Part shown: positions 38,181-48,187 of the stretch, one piece after another
Numbering within the stretch: position 1 is the first letter of the stretch
Layout of the letters: each line of letters opens with the position of its first letter
Source: Armatimonadota bacterium
GTDB lineage: Bacteria; Armatimonadota; HRBIN16
Assembly (NCBI GenBank): GCA_963677485.1
Contig: OY781964.1
Location: forward strand, 2,080,001-2,144,000
Length of the DNA: 64,000 bases
Direction: 5' to 3'
Program-made: the position numbers and the translations under genes
The notes under the pieces: model-generated
Databases searched by the model: none
What the model saw: only the letters and a program-made list of their open reading frames with translations
What the model was told of the DNA's origin: nothing

Positions 38181-41100
38181 ATGATCCACCATATGCGATG
38201 CGAACACCTTGAGAACCCACTCGCCATCGATACCGCCAAGCCGATGCTCAGTTGGTGGTGCCTGGCACCCAGACGCGGCCAACGAAGCATGAGCGCGCAG
38301 ATTCAAGTGGCGTCACGCCTGGAGCTGCTGCGTATCAGCCGGCCTGATCTGTGGGACAGCGGGGCCAAAACGCTGTCGCATGGTGACCCCTGGTTGCTCT
38401 ATGCGGGAAAACCTCTGCACAGTCGGCAGCAGTGTCACTGGCGGGTCAGGGTGCGCGATGAGCAGGGTCGGTGGTGTCCTTGGAGCCAGTCTGCTCAGTT
38501 CGGCATCGGCTTGCTGCAGAAGTCGGACTGGCGCGCCAAGTGGATCACTCACCCGAAGCTGGCCGATGCGATGTCAATGAAGCGCGTGAACGGCTGGCAC
38601 AGCCAGTTCGCAGAGCAGGATGTGCCTTGCAGCATCACGCTGCGCTGGGACTCACCACAGCATATAGACGGACTGCGCCTTTTCCCCACCATGCCCTTCG
38701 ACTATCCTGAAGACGTGCCCGGGTTCCTGTTCCCCGTGCGCTACCGTGTGGAGGGCGGCCTCGGAGCCGATGAGTCAGCACCGAAGCTTCTGGCCGATGG
38801 CACCGCGCTTGATCAGGCGAACCCGAAAGACAAACCTGTCACCCTCTACTGGCCAGCGCAGAACCTGCAGTGGGTGCGGCTGACCATCACCAAACGGCCC
38901 AAGCACCCTAACATGCCCCAATATGCCTGCACACTGGCCGAAATTCAAGCGGTGTCTCAGGGCAAAACACTCGCGCCACCCAGCCAGTGCAGCGCTTCTG
39001 AGAGCTACCCCAGTGGCACCTGGGATGTATCTTGCCTGACGGATGGTCAGACCACCAGCCCCCCTCGTATCGCTCTCGCGGCTGAAGCGAGCTCCGTGCC
39101 GATGATCAAGAAGAGGTTCGCTGTGCCGGTCCAACCGCTGCGGGCCATTCTACGGGTGACCGCGAGAGGGCTATACGAAATATATCTGAATGGCCACCGC
39201 GTGGGTGACCAGGTTCTCGCGCCTGAGTGGACACAATACGAAAAGCGGCTGCTGGTGCAGAGCTATGATGTCACCAAACTGTTACCCAAGGGGCAAGCAG
39301 AGCTGAAGGCGCAACTGGGCTCTGGCTGGTGGTGCGGCCGCTTCGGTTGGCAAGGGCAGGCCGCCTTCTGGGGTGAAAGTCCCTGGCTGTTGGCGCAACT
39401 TGAGATCGAGATGCCGGGAGGTCAGCGCACGATTATCGCCACTGACGGGACCTGGCAGGCGACGCTGGATGGCCCCATCAAGGCCGAGAACCTGTATGAC
39501 GGCGAATCCTATGATGCCCGCTCCACCAGTTTCCGCTGGAGCCCAACCGTGGCCAAACCGCTGGATGATGTGCGGCTTCAGCCACAGATGAACCAGCCGA
39601 TGCGCATCCAAAACCGCGCCTTCCCCAAAAGTATCACCCCGATGGCCGACGGAAAATATCTGGTGGATTTCGGCACGGATATCACGGGCGTCTGCTCTAT
39701 CTCAGGCACAGGCAAGGCGGGTGAGCCGGTGGTGCTTCGCCATGCGGAGATACTGGAGCCGAACGGTCAGATCTATACCGCCAATCTGCGGAGTGCCCAA
39801 TGCACCGACCGCTATATCCCGGCCGACTCCAAGCCGTTCCAGTTCACCCCGAGTTTCACTTATCGGTGCTTCCGCTATGTGGAGATATCCGGCCTGGCCG
39901 CCCCGCCCACTCTGCAGCAGATTCGCCGGCTGGAGTTCTGCTCGGACAGCCCGGTGCTGGCGGAGATCAACACGCCAGACCCCACCCTGAACTGGATTGT
40001 GGCCGCCGCCATCCGAACCCAGCGGAACAACACGACCAGCGTGCCCACCGACTGCCCCCAGCGCGATGAGCGTATGGGATACGGCGGGGATGCCATGGCC
40101 ATGAGCCTGCCCACCATGATGGCGCTGGATGCCACCGCCTTTTACGAGAAGGTGAGTTACGACTGGCTGGACGGCCAAACCCCGGAGGGCACCACCCAGT
40201 GGATCGCCCCCAGCGTGGGCACCATGACCACTGTACCGGAGGTCTGCCCGGGCTGGAACGATGCGCTGGTGGTGATCCCCTGGCACAACTTCCTGACCAG
40301 CGGCGACCCCCGCCCACTTGCCGATGTTTTACCGTGCGCAGAGAAGTATATCGAGTGGATCAGCAGCCGAAATCCCGACGGCATATGGTCGGTGGCCAAC
40401 GGGCCGGATATCGGCGACTGGCTGAACGGTGATACGATCTCACGGATACCAGGGTTCCCACAGGGCGAAGGGCGGATTCCCATCGATCTTTTCGGCACCA
40501 TGATGTGGTATCGCAGCACACGCGTCACCGCTCAGATGGCGGCTGAACTGGGCAACCGCAGCTTGCAGGCCAAATATGAAGCATTAGCTTTGAAAATCCG
40601 GCAGGCGTTTGCTGCGAAGTGGTTGAATCCCGATGGCGGTTTGGCCACCAACACGCAGGGCATAATCTCCATGGCCATCGGCTTTGGACTGCTGGACGAT
40701 GCGAAGATGCAGGCCCTGATCCCCAGGCTTGAGGGGGCGATCGCCCGCTATGACGGCCGCTTCAGCACCGGCTTTCACACCACGCCGCAGATGCTGATGT
40801 CGCTCAGTCGGTTTGGCAAGCACGAGCTGGCGCTGAAGATGGCTATGCAGCACCGCCCGCCGAGTTGGGGTTACATGATGGATCTGGGCCATCACACCAT
40901 CTGGGAGCGTTGGGACGGCTACCAGAAGGATGTGGGCCCGAACGATCCGGGCATGAACTCCTTCAGCCACCCAGCCTTTGGAGCTGTTTTGGAGTGGATC
41001 ATCCGTTATGTGGTGGGCATCCAGCTACAATCCGATTCGCCAGCCTACCGCAGCGTGCGGCTGATGCCGCAGCCTTCAGAGGCTCTGCCGAATGCCTCGG

Positions 41101-41339
41101 GTCGAATCGCCACACCCCGCGGCTGGATAAGTATGAACTGGAGCTCCAGCGCCGGTAAGTTGAGCGTCGAGATAGAGATACCTTGCGACAGCCGCGCCAC
41201 GCTGATACTTCCGCGCGCGTTCACTCGCCGGATTAGTGAAGGTGGCAAAGAGTGGAAGGGTGGGGTGAAACCCATCAGCGATACCCAGGTATCGATCAGC
41301 CTGTCATCTGGCCGGTATCAGTTTGGATTACTCAAGTAG
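38181..41339 (+). CDS. GH78 alpha-L-rhamnosidase with inserted F5/8-type (CBM32-like) domain
   Basis: CEHLENPLAID, TARGLYE, DQVLAPEWTQY, PTDCPQRDERMGYGGD, TIWERWD and MNSFSH motifs. Confidence 0.92.
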   Translation: MIHHMRCEHLENPLAIDTAKPMLSWWCLAPRRGQRSMSAQIQVASRLELLRISRPDLWDSGAKTLSHGDPWLLYAGKPLHSRQQCHWRVRVRDEQGRWCPWSQSAQFGIGLLQKSDWRAKWITHPKLADAMSMKRVNGWHSQFAEQDVPCSITLRWDSPQHIDGLRLFPTMPFDYPEDVPGFLFPVRYRVEGGLGADESAPKLLADGTALDQANPKDKPVTLYWPAQNLQWVRLTITKRPKHPNMPQYACTLAEIQAVSQGKTLAPPSQCSASESYPSGTWDVSCLTDGQTTSPPRIALAAEASSVPMIKKRFAVPVQPLRAILRVTARGLYEIYLNGHRVGDQVLAPEWTQYEKRLLVQSYDVTKLLPKGQAELKAQLGSGWWCGRFGWQGQAAFWGESPWLLAQLEIEMPGGQRTIIATDGTWQATLDGPIKAENLYDGESYDARSTSFRWSPTVAKPLDDVRLQPQMNQPMRIQNRAFPKSITPMADGKYLVDFGTDITGVCSISGTGKAGEPVVLRHAEILEPNGQIYTANLRSAQCTDRYIPADSKPFQFTPSFTYRCFRYVEISGLAAPPTLQQIRRLEFCSDSPVLAEINTPDPTLNWIVAAAIRTQRNNTTSVPTDCPQRDERMGYGGDAMAMSLPTMMALDATAFYEKVSYDWLDGQTPEGTTQWIAPSVGTMTTVPEVCPGWNDALVVIPWHNFLTSGDPRPLADVLPCAEKYIEWISSRNPDGIWSVANGPDIGDWLNGDTISRIPGFPQGEGRIPIDLFGTMMWYRSTRVTAQMAAELGNRSLQAKYEALALKIRQAFAAKWLNPDGGLATNTQGIISMAIGFGLLDDAKMQALIPRLEGAIARYDGRFSTGFHTTPQMLMSLSRFGKHELALKMAMQHRPPSWGYMMDLGHHTIWERWDGYQKDVGPNDPGMNSFSHPAFGAVLEWIIRYVVGIQLQSDSPAYRSVRLMPQPSEALPNASGRIATPRGWISMNWSSSAGKLSVEIEIPCDSRATLILPRAFTRRISEGGKEWKGGVKPISDTQVSISLSSGRYQFGLLK

Positions 41340-41371
41340 AAGCCATCACGCAAACATGAAGGGCAAACAGC

Positions 41372-42856
41372 ATGAAGCGAATACCTAATCTGGCCGCCGA
41401 ATCGGTCGACCGCGAAAAGCAGCGGCGTTACTACGTCAACAGCATCTACAATATGTGGCGCATATACGACCAGCCCGAGGTCTACACCAAATGGTATGAC
41501 CATTGCGATGACATCGGCTTCAACAGCGTGAATATGGACAGCTCCTGGTCATCGGAACGCCCCGATGGCAGCTATGACTGGGAGGTGCTTGATGCGCAGA
41601 TGGACATCGGCATCGCACGCGGATACACCATCTGGCCGCGCATCAACTGCACTTTGATACGCAAGGCCTCCGGTGAGCCGCAAAGGCCCTACTGGCTGAC
41701 CGATGAGATGCTGATGTGCCGTCCCGATGGCTCCACGTACAGCCACGCCAACGGTCCGATAGCGGCCATCACCCACCCGCTGGTGTTCCAGAAGATGGTG
41801 CGGTTTGCCGGTGAGTTTGCCCTGCACCTGGAAGGCTATCTGAAGTCCCGCGGCATCCGCAACAATCCGATGGTGTGCATGCCCTTCAGCTTCACCCCCA
41901 CCGCGGAGGCCGAATACTTCTTTGACGGCGAATTGGACCACTCGCCCAGTGCCAAAGCGGCTTTCACCAGATGGATCCGCACACGGTATCAGAGTCTGGC
42001 TGCTTTGAACCGTGCCTGGGATAGCAGTCACACCAGTTGGGATGCCCCCCAACTGGGTAATAGCCACCAGACAGACCGGCACCTCTTCTACGAAGCGCAA
42101 CTGCAGAAGCTGTTCGACGCTGTGGCGGATGCTGTTCACAAGGCCAGTCCGCGTATGAGGTTGGGGCTGCAGGTGGGTTGCGTGTGGGATGTGCCCCAGC
42201 GCCGAATGATCAACATCAACAAGCTGATGCGCAAAGTAGACTGGCTGCTGGTGGCGGATGCGCACTCCTACCCCACCGCCTTCACCATGGACATCTTGCG
42301 GGCCAACCTGCCCGGGAAACAGCTCAGCAACGAGATCGACGGTCCCGGGTTTGGCGGCACCGATGAGCAGCGGTTGACTCAGGGGCAGCTTACCTGGCAG
42401 CGCGGCGGCCGGAGTGTGTACACCAGCAACTGGGTGCCCATTGAAACCATGGCAGAGACGGACAAGTGGCGGTTCCTGAAAACACTGGCTCTGCAGAAAG
42501 ACACTCCGCTGCCCAAGCTGCAGCCAACCACCGCCATGCTGCTGTCTACCTGGGACATCATATGCGGTTACACCAGCTCGCAGGCGGTGTATATCCCCGC
42601 GCATAGCCGCCTGTGCGACGACGGTAAGCAGATCATCGATGTGCTGACCGACAGCTTCCTGCAGGACAACCCCCGTGTGCTGGCACGCTATAGGAAGATC
42701 GTGCTGCCATACAACAAGGTGGTGCCTGCCAAGCTGATCCCGCTGCTGAAAGCCAACAAGCTGCGGGTGGTGCTGGAGCGGCCGGACATCGCCGGCACAT
42801 CGGATGCTTACGGGCACCGCACCGCCAGCTCGCTGAGTGCATCGCTTGGCAGCTAA
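41372..42856 (+). CDS. GH42-like glycoside hydrolase
   Basis: GSYDWEVLDAQMD, AFTRWIRTRYQSLAALNRAWD and NEID motifs. Confidence 0.65.
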   Translation: MKRIPNLAAESVDREKQRRYYVNSIYNMWRIYDQPEVYTKWYDHCDDIGFNSVNMDSSWSSERPDGSYDWEVLDAQMDIGIARGYTIWPRINCTLIRKASGEPQRPYWLTDEMLMCRPDGSTYSHANGPIAAITHPLVFQKMVRFAGEFALHLEGYLKSRGIRNNPMVCMPFSFTPTAEAEYFFDGELDHSPSAKAAFTRWIRTRYQSLAALNRAWDSSHTSWDAPQLGNSHQTDRHLFYEAQLQKLFDAVADAVHKASPRMRLGLQVGCVWDVPQRRMININKLMRKVDWLLVADAHSYPTAFTMDILRANLPGKQLSNEIDGPGFGGTDEQRLTQGQLTWQRGGRSVYTSNWVPIETMAETDKWRFLKTLALQKDTPLPKLQPTTAMLLSTWDIICGYTSSQAVYIPAHSRLCDDGKQIIDVLTDSFLQDNPRVLARYRKIVLPYNKVVPAKLIPLLKANKLRVVLERPDIAGTSDAYGHRTASSLSASLGS

Positions 42857-42894
42857 TAGATTACGCACAATAGCCAACACATAAGGAGAGAAAA

Positions 42895-43197
42895 ATGCCC
42901 GAATTTGGAAGTCCATTTTCCGGATTGATGAGCGATCGTAAGCTTACCCATACCGAGCTGGTGCGCGCCATCCGCTTCATGGTCTCCGCAGAGTATGAAG
43001 CGATACAGCTCTACATGCAGCTTGCCGAATCCACCGACCATTTACTGGCGATTGATGTTCTGACGGACATCGCCAACGAAGAGCGCGTTCATGCCGGTGA
43101 GTTCCTGCGGCTGCTGAAGGCGCTTGAACCCGACGAGGAGGCCTTCTACCAGCAAGGTGCCGCGGAGGTTGAGGAGGAGATCGAGAAGCAAGGCTAG
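42895..43197 (+). CDS. Small ferritin-like/rubrerythrin-type protein (encapsulated-ferritin-like)
   Basis: 100 aa. AEYEAIQLY...DIANEERVHAGEF carboxylate/His ligands. AGGAG RBS. Confidence 0.85.
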   Translation: MPEFGSPFSGLMSDRKLTHTELVRAIRFMVSAEYEAIQLYMQLAESTDHLLAIDVLTDIANEERVHAGEFLRLLKALEPDEEAFYQQGAAEVEEEIEKQG

Positions 43198-43213
43198 GAT
43201 TGGGGGATTCTCA

Positions 43214-43590
43214 ATCCACAGATTACACAGATTACGCAGATAAACGCGGATACAGGAGCACAACGCAAAGGCGCAGAGGGGCAAAGGACGCAAAGGAATT
43301 CGAAATAGCCCCAGCCCAATTGGCTATGTCCGGGGCGGTCTGGCAGTACGCTAGCGGGTGCTCAAGACCCAAGACCGCGCCGGTCTTTCTCCAATGCGGG
43401 TGGTTATTGGCACGAAAGAGTGTGATTCTATTCTCAACCACGAATCAACACGGATAGACACGAATGGACACAGATGAACGCGGATGGTCAATGAACAACG
43501 CAAAGGCCCAGGGTGTATTCGCGGTATAGAACGACCACTCGGCGCAGTCACATGCCTTTGCGTCTTTGCTTCTTTGCGTCTTTGCGTTGA
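43214..43590. repeat. Composite repeat spacer (modules D, E, B)
   Basis: CACAGATTA array. CAACGCAAAG array at 43261 is inverted to 43556-43590. Module B at 43324-43391. AACCACGAAT array at 43436-43485. Confidence 0.8.
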
Positions 43591-43710
43591 ATCCCGATTC
43601 CCATCCGTTGGGTTATTCCATCTCCTGAGTGGTATCACTAAGATGTATGCACTGTAGTAGCAAGCGAGGTTGATCCCGTGGTTGACAATCTGAAGCATTC
43701 TAGTCAAGCG

Positions 43711-44751
43711 ATGGAGACACTGGTGTCCACCTATTTCACGCAAAACGCGGATTTCCACTCCCAGTATTTTCGCATCCCGTTTTGTGACATCACCAACAAT
43801 GGTGTGCTGATCGCCGGCGGGGATGTTCGCTACGGGGGCGCAACCGACTTCCAGCAGATTGATATCGGCATCGCGAGAAGCGTAGACTTCGGCCAGAGCT
43901 GGTCCGACAAGAAGATCGTGTTGAAGCACAACAACCGGTGCGCGCACTCCCGTAAGATGGACGCCACAATCCTAGTCAACCGCAGCACGAACCGCGTGTT
44001 CTTGTTTGGTCACTGCGTGGACAGCGACCTGCTGTGGGAGGAGACCTCCGATCCTGCCGCGATTATCACCGACTGCGTCTACAAGTACTCAGATGATGAC
44101 GGAAAGACCTGGTCCAGGGAGTATTCGCTGAACTCCATCCGACCCAAATCGGCGGTGACCATGTTTGCAGGAGCCAGCAAGGGCATCACCATGGCCGACG
44201 GCACGCTGATTCTACCGATGCAGATACGGGGCAGCAATAACGCATTGAGTATACAGAGCGGCCTGTTGGTCAGCCAGGACAACGGCACTTCCTGGCAGTT
44301 TAGTGGGGCGTTACTGCCGGTTTTCTCATGTGAGACGCAAGTGGTGGAATATAAACGGGGTCAGTTGATGCTGAACTGCCGCGGCAACATCGGCCATCGG
44401 CGCGTATTTGTGACATCCAACAAGGGCCGCACATACACGCCCCATTCCACAGATGCCAACACGCTGATCGAGCCAGAGGGGTGCCAGGGCAGCATCGACA
44501 AGATCACCATTGGCCGCACGACCTACGGGCTGTTCACAAACCCAAATGATGCGGAGCAACGGGCGAATATCACCTTGAAGGTCAGCAAGGACTTCACCCA
44601 CTGGCGGGAGCTCTGCTGTCTCGTGCCCGGATCCACAGACGGGTATACGTGCATCACCCATTACAAGAATGATGTGTATATTGCCATCGAACGGCACGGC
44701 TCACAGGAAATGCACCGGATCACGGATATTGGGTCGATGATCGGTAGGTGA
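43711..44751 (+). CDS. GH33 sialidase (small NanH-like)
   Basis: FRIP motif. Asp boxes SVDFGQSW, SDDDGKTW and SQDNGTSW. CE, LNCR and GY catalytic positions. Alternative start 43678. Confidence 0.9.
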   Translation: METLVSTYFTQNADFHSQYFRIPFCDITNNGVLIAGGDVRYGGATDFQQIDIGIARSVDFGQSWSDKKIVLKHNNRCAHSRKMDATILVNRSTNRVFLFGHCVDSDLLWEETSDPAAIITDCVYKYSDDDGKTWSREYSLNSIRPKSAVTMFAGASKGITMADGTLILPMQIRGSNNALSIQSGLLVSQDNGTSWQFSGALLPVFSCETQVVEYKRGQLMLNCRGNIGHRRVFVTSNKGRTYTPHSTDANTLIEPEGCQGSIDKITIGRTTYGLFTNPNDAEQRANITLKVSKDFTHWRELCCLVPGSTDGYTCITHYKNDVYIAIERHGSQEMHRITDIGSMIGR

Positions 44752-45542
44752 ACGAAATGTATGCATTGGATAACACAGATCCCAGGCTGATCGAGGTATC
44801 CACCACTGGCGATTATTGGAGGCTTGTGATGGAAAAGCCTTGGAGCTTGGTAGGATACTCGTTCAACGCGTTGCTGCTTCAAAACGGGGGCAAGCTGGTA
44901 GTTCAGTTTGCCGATGCCAGGATGGACTATGTGGTGACAGCACAGCCCATCATACAGCACAAAATCGAACACAGATTTGTCCTGTTCAATATCAGTGATC
45001 AGCGGATACTTTGCTACGCTCGGTGGCACGATAAATATGCACTATATGATCGTGCCAGCAAGAAGTCTGTAATGATCAAAGGGGCCTCGATGCGCATGAG
45101 CGAACGCGGTGATCTGTGGAGCATTGGAAAACCGGAATGCTCCGGCGCGATGCCTCTCCACCCGCATCAGCTCACCATACCGGCAAAATATAAGCTTGAT
45201 CTATGGTATGTGTGGCAGGGTCATGCTGTGTTGTTATGTGGTGATCGTCAGAACGGTGATCTGCCGTATCTGATGATGATCAAAGATGCACACGATCGGA
45301 TGATAAACCAGGTAGAGCTTAAGGAAAGGCCGGTACGGGTTGTTGCCTGTCAACACGGTGTGATGCTGGCTTACTGGCATTACAAAAGCTACGTGCAGGA
45401 TAACTACAACTGGGCACTTAAAAAAACCGGAACCGACCGATATGTGGGTTCCAACGATCCGTTTTTATCATCTGTGCTCGAGGATGGCGTTTATAAGCGG
45501 CTCGCGAAGGTATCTCACAGGCGCGCCGGTGCCTGGAAGTAG
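44748..45542 (+). CDS. Hypothetical protein
   Basis: 264-aa ORF, GTGA overlap with the sialidase, AT-richer codon usage. Confidence 0.55.
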   Translation: MNEMYALDNTDPRLIEVSTTGDYWRLVMEKPWSLVGYSFNALLLQNGGKLVVQFADARMDYVVTAQPIIQHKIEHRFVLFNISDQRILCYARWHDKYALYDRASKKSVMIKGASMRMSERGDLWSIGKPECSGAMPLHPHQLTIPAKYKLDLWYVWQGHAVLLCGDRQNGDLPYLMMIKDAHDRMINQVELKERPVRVVACQHGVMLAYWHYKSYVQDNYNWALKKTGTDRYVGSNDPFLSSVLEDGVYKRLAKVSHRRAGAWK

Positions 45543-45805
45543 CGGGTTGAAAGATGAAGGCCCATATGGTCAACCATCGTGCTGAGAGTTTCGTCACCCA
45601 AACCTATTGTGATTGGTCCGATCCGTCTGATCCGTCCGATGTAATAGGCGCGGAGGTACCGTGTCGCCCGCCGAACTTACTTTCTCCAGTTGAAATCTTG
45701 TACAATGATAGTTGTGATAAGGTTAATACCATATATACTTTTCTGTATGATATCGATAAGCATCTGTGATCGATCACTGTTCGACATGAATTTGGGGGAT
45801 ATCTG

Positions 45806-46159
45806 ATGAGTGTTAGTCCGATAAGTTACGAAGTTGGATCTGTAGAACAACCAACCAAAGTGCTGCGGGAATGGCCATGTCCTGGTGGAAAGAAGGCCCT
45901 GCACTTCATCGAGAACGCAGATGGAGAGGGCGCCAACCTTTTCCTGATCGTGTTTCATTTCCCTGCTAACTGCGCTAAAAAGCCGGTTACTTTAGCATCT
46001 GGGCAAACCGAGGCGGAAGCCTTGGAAAATGAGGTTGTCTATCTGAAAAACCAGACTAAAGACTACTCAGAACGTCGCGCCCAGGAGATTCAAAGAAGAG
46101 AACAGGAAGAGGCCCTGGGGCACCCGAAAAGAGCACTTGGCGCGCGGAAAAGCTCATAG
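45806..46159 (+). CDS. Hypothetical protein
   Basis: 117-aa ORF with GGGGGA RBS-like sequence and an AT-rich upstream region. Confidence 0.5.
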   Translation: MSVSPISYEVGSVEQPTKVLREWPCPGGKKALHFIENADGEGANLFLIVFHFPANCAKKPVTLASGQTEAEALENEVVYLKNQTKDYSERRAQEIQRREQEEALGHPKRALGARKSS

Positions 46160-46255
46160 CACTGGGATGTGATCAGGCGAAGGTTTGGACGCATCGGGGC
46201 AGTCCCCGCATCTTGTAAAATGTAGATACAGACATCTATATACAGTGAGGGTAAT

Positions 46256-46636
46256 ATGCCGATCTATGAATTCCGATGCAGTCAGTGCCACCGCCGATTT
46301 AGCGAGCTGGTGGGTGTGGTGGCCAACAATAACGACCCCATCAAATGCCCCAAATGCGGCTGCCTTGAGGTGGAACGCCTGATGAGCCGCTTTTCGCGTG
46401 TCCGCAATGAGGATGACATGATGGAGCAGATGTTGGACCCATCCAAGCTGGGCGACATTGAGGACCCCAAGAACCTTGCCCGTGTGGCCAAGGAGATGGG
46501 GAAAGAGATGGGTGAGGACTTCTCCGACGAAATCGACGCCGCTCTGGAAGAAGAGATGGGCGGCGGTGCGGGTGAAGGTGGTGCAGAAGACGGATCGGCA
46601 TCCGCATCTGATGGCATGGGAGACAGCGGGTTTTAG
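46256..46636 (+). CDS. FmdB family zinc-ribbon protein
   Basis: MPIYEFRCSQC...CPKCG...RLMS and an acidic tail. Confidence 0.9.
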   Translation: MPIYEFRCSQCHRRFSELVGVVANNNDPIKCPKCGCLEVERLMSRFSRVRNEDDMMEQMLDPSKLGDIEDPKNLARVAKEMGKEMGEDFSDEIDAALEEEMGGGAGEGGAEDGSASASDGMGDSGF

Positions 46637-46638
46637 GA

Positions 46639-47079
46639 TTGGATAAATTAGGACTAGGCTACCTGCTGATGTTCGCGGCAATTCTGGGCTTCGGACTATA
46701 TGGCGTCAGCTTCAAATATAGTGCCGTGAAGAAGCTAAACCTCAAAGCGGTCAACATCACGATGTATCTGGTGACCACACTGACTATCGCCATCACGGCC
46801 AAAATGACCGTGGGGATTCCGCTAGACTGGAAATTCCTGTTGTTTGGCAGTGTGCTGGGGTTGAGTTCCTACGCTTTTGTGCTTTACTTCCGGCGGGCCA
46901 GTGCCATAGGCTCTACAGCCGTGTGCTGGACCATCCTGCAGATGGCCATCGTGCTGCCCTTCCTAACATCCGCGTTGATTTACCACGAGGTTCCGAAGTG
47001 GAACCACTGGCTGGGACTGGTCTGCACCGGTATCGGTGTGGCACTGCTGGGCCGAGATGTGAAGAGGCAGCAGCAATGA
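46639..47079 (+). CDS. Single-domain EamA/DMT membrane protein
   Basis: About 5 TM segments, ending LIYHEVPKWNHWLGLV. Confidence 0.75.
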   Translation: MDKLGLGYLLMFAAILGFGLYGVSFKYSAVKKLNLKAVNITMYLVTTLTIAITAKMTVGIPLDWKFLLFGSVLGLSSYAFVLYFRRASAIGSTAVCWTILQMAIVLPFLTSALIYHEVPKWNHWLGLVCTGIGVALLGRDVKRQQQ

Positions 47080-47489
47080 AATACTCCCATGCGGTGATCG
47101 GCACTTTTGCCATGAATGGATTCGGCATGTTGATCATGCAGTATCTGGCGAAGTATGATGCCAAATACGGCGTCCCCTGCCTGGCTCTGTCCTGCTTGAC
47201 GGCTTTTATCTTCGTGGCGATTTTCGGCGAAAAGGCGGAGACTCACGGTGCCATCACGGCCTCTGTGGTGACCGGGCTTGTGGCCGGGCTCGGCTGGGCC
47301 GGTGGCTTGATCTGGCAGATGCAGGCGATGAGCCTGGTGCCGGGTTACATCCTGTTCCCCTGCATCGCCGGTAGCTGCACGCTGCTGGTTTCTGTGGTGT
47401 CGCGGTTTGTGTTTGGCGAGAAGATCGGCGTGAATGGCATGGTGGGCATCGGCTTCTGCGTGCTCGCGGTGGTTCTTCTCAGCGTGTAA
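47076..47489 (+). CDS. Single-domain EamA/DMT membrane protein
   Basis: ATGA overlap with the previous gene. ILFP...FVFGEKIGVNGMVGI. Confidence 0.75.
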   Translation: MKYSHAVIGTFAMNGFGMLIMQYLAKYDAKYGVPCLALSCLTAFIFVAIFGEKAETHGAITASVVTGLVAGLGWAGGLIWQMQAMSLVPGYILFPCIAGSCTLLVSVVSRFVFGEKIGVNGMVGIGFCVLAVVLLSV

Positions 47490-47665
47490 TCGCCACCCTA
47501 CATTCGGATGACCACTAAACCCGCACCAACGTGGCTGGTAGCCTGCGACCCACGCCTCTGGCCTTTGGCGACGGGTTCGGTGGCCCGTCCGTGACTTCGT
47601 CCCGGTACGGGCACTGTCACCCGTCGCTGATCAATACCGGCCCGCGTTCCGGCGGGCGTTGGGAA

Positions 47666-48155
47666 GGCCACCCTCCCTTGCGCCGGTGATGGGCTGCATG
47701 GCGTTTGGGTTTGGGCTGACAAACAGTCACGATCTTGACCCCTCCGCGATCTCCGCGTCTCCGCGTGAGACCGCTCCCTTCGTGCCAATCGCCGTCCGCC
47801 GTAGAGAAAGACCGGCGCGGTCTTGGGTCTTCTGCAACCGCTAGCGTACCGCCAGACCGCCCCGGACATAGGCATCGCTTGGCTTAAGGAACTGCTACCC
47901 ACTTCGTGGGTGCCCAGAGCCCCGGACATAACCCACCAGCCGTGGGGGCCACCTCCTTTACGCCGGTGATGGGCTGCATGGCGTTTGGGTTTGGGCTGAC
48001 AAACAGTCACGGCCGTGACCCCTCCGCGATCTCCGCGTCTCCGCGTGAGACCGTACCCTTCGTGCCAATCGACGTCCGCCGTAGAGAAAGACCGGCGCGG
48101 TCTTGGGCCTTCTGCAGCCGCTAGCGTACCGTCAGACCGCCCCGGACATAGGCAT
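47666..48155. repeat. Direct duplication of a ~210-bp composite repeat unit
   Basis: 47666-47875 and 47947-48155 are near-identical. Each contains modules E and B. Confidence 0.9.
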
Positions 48156-48187
48156 TCAAGCCCGAGTAGTAAGACAATCAACCCACT

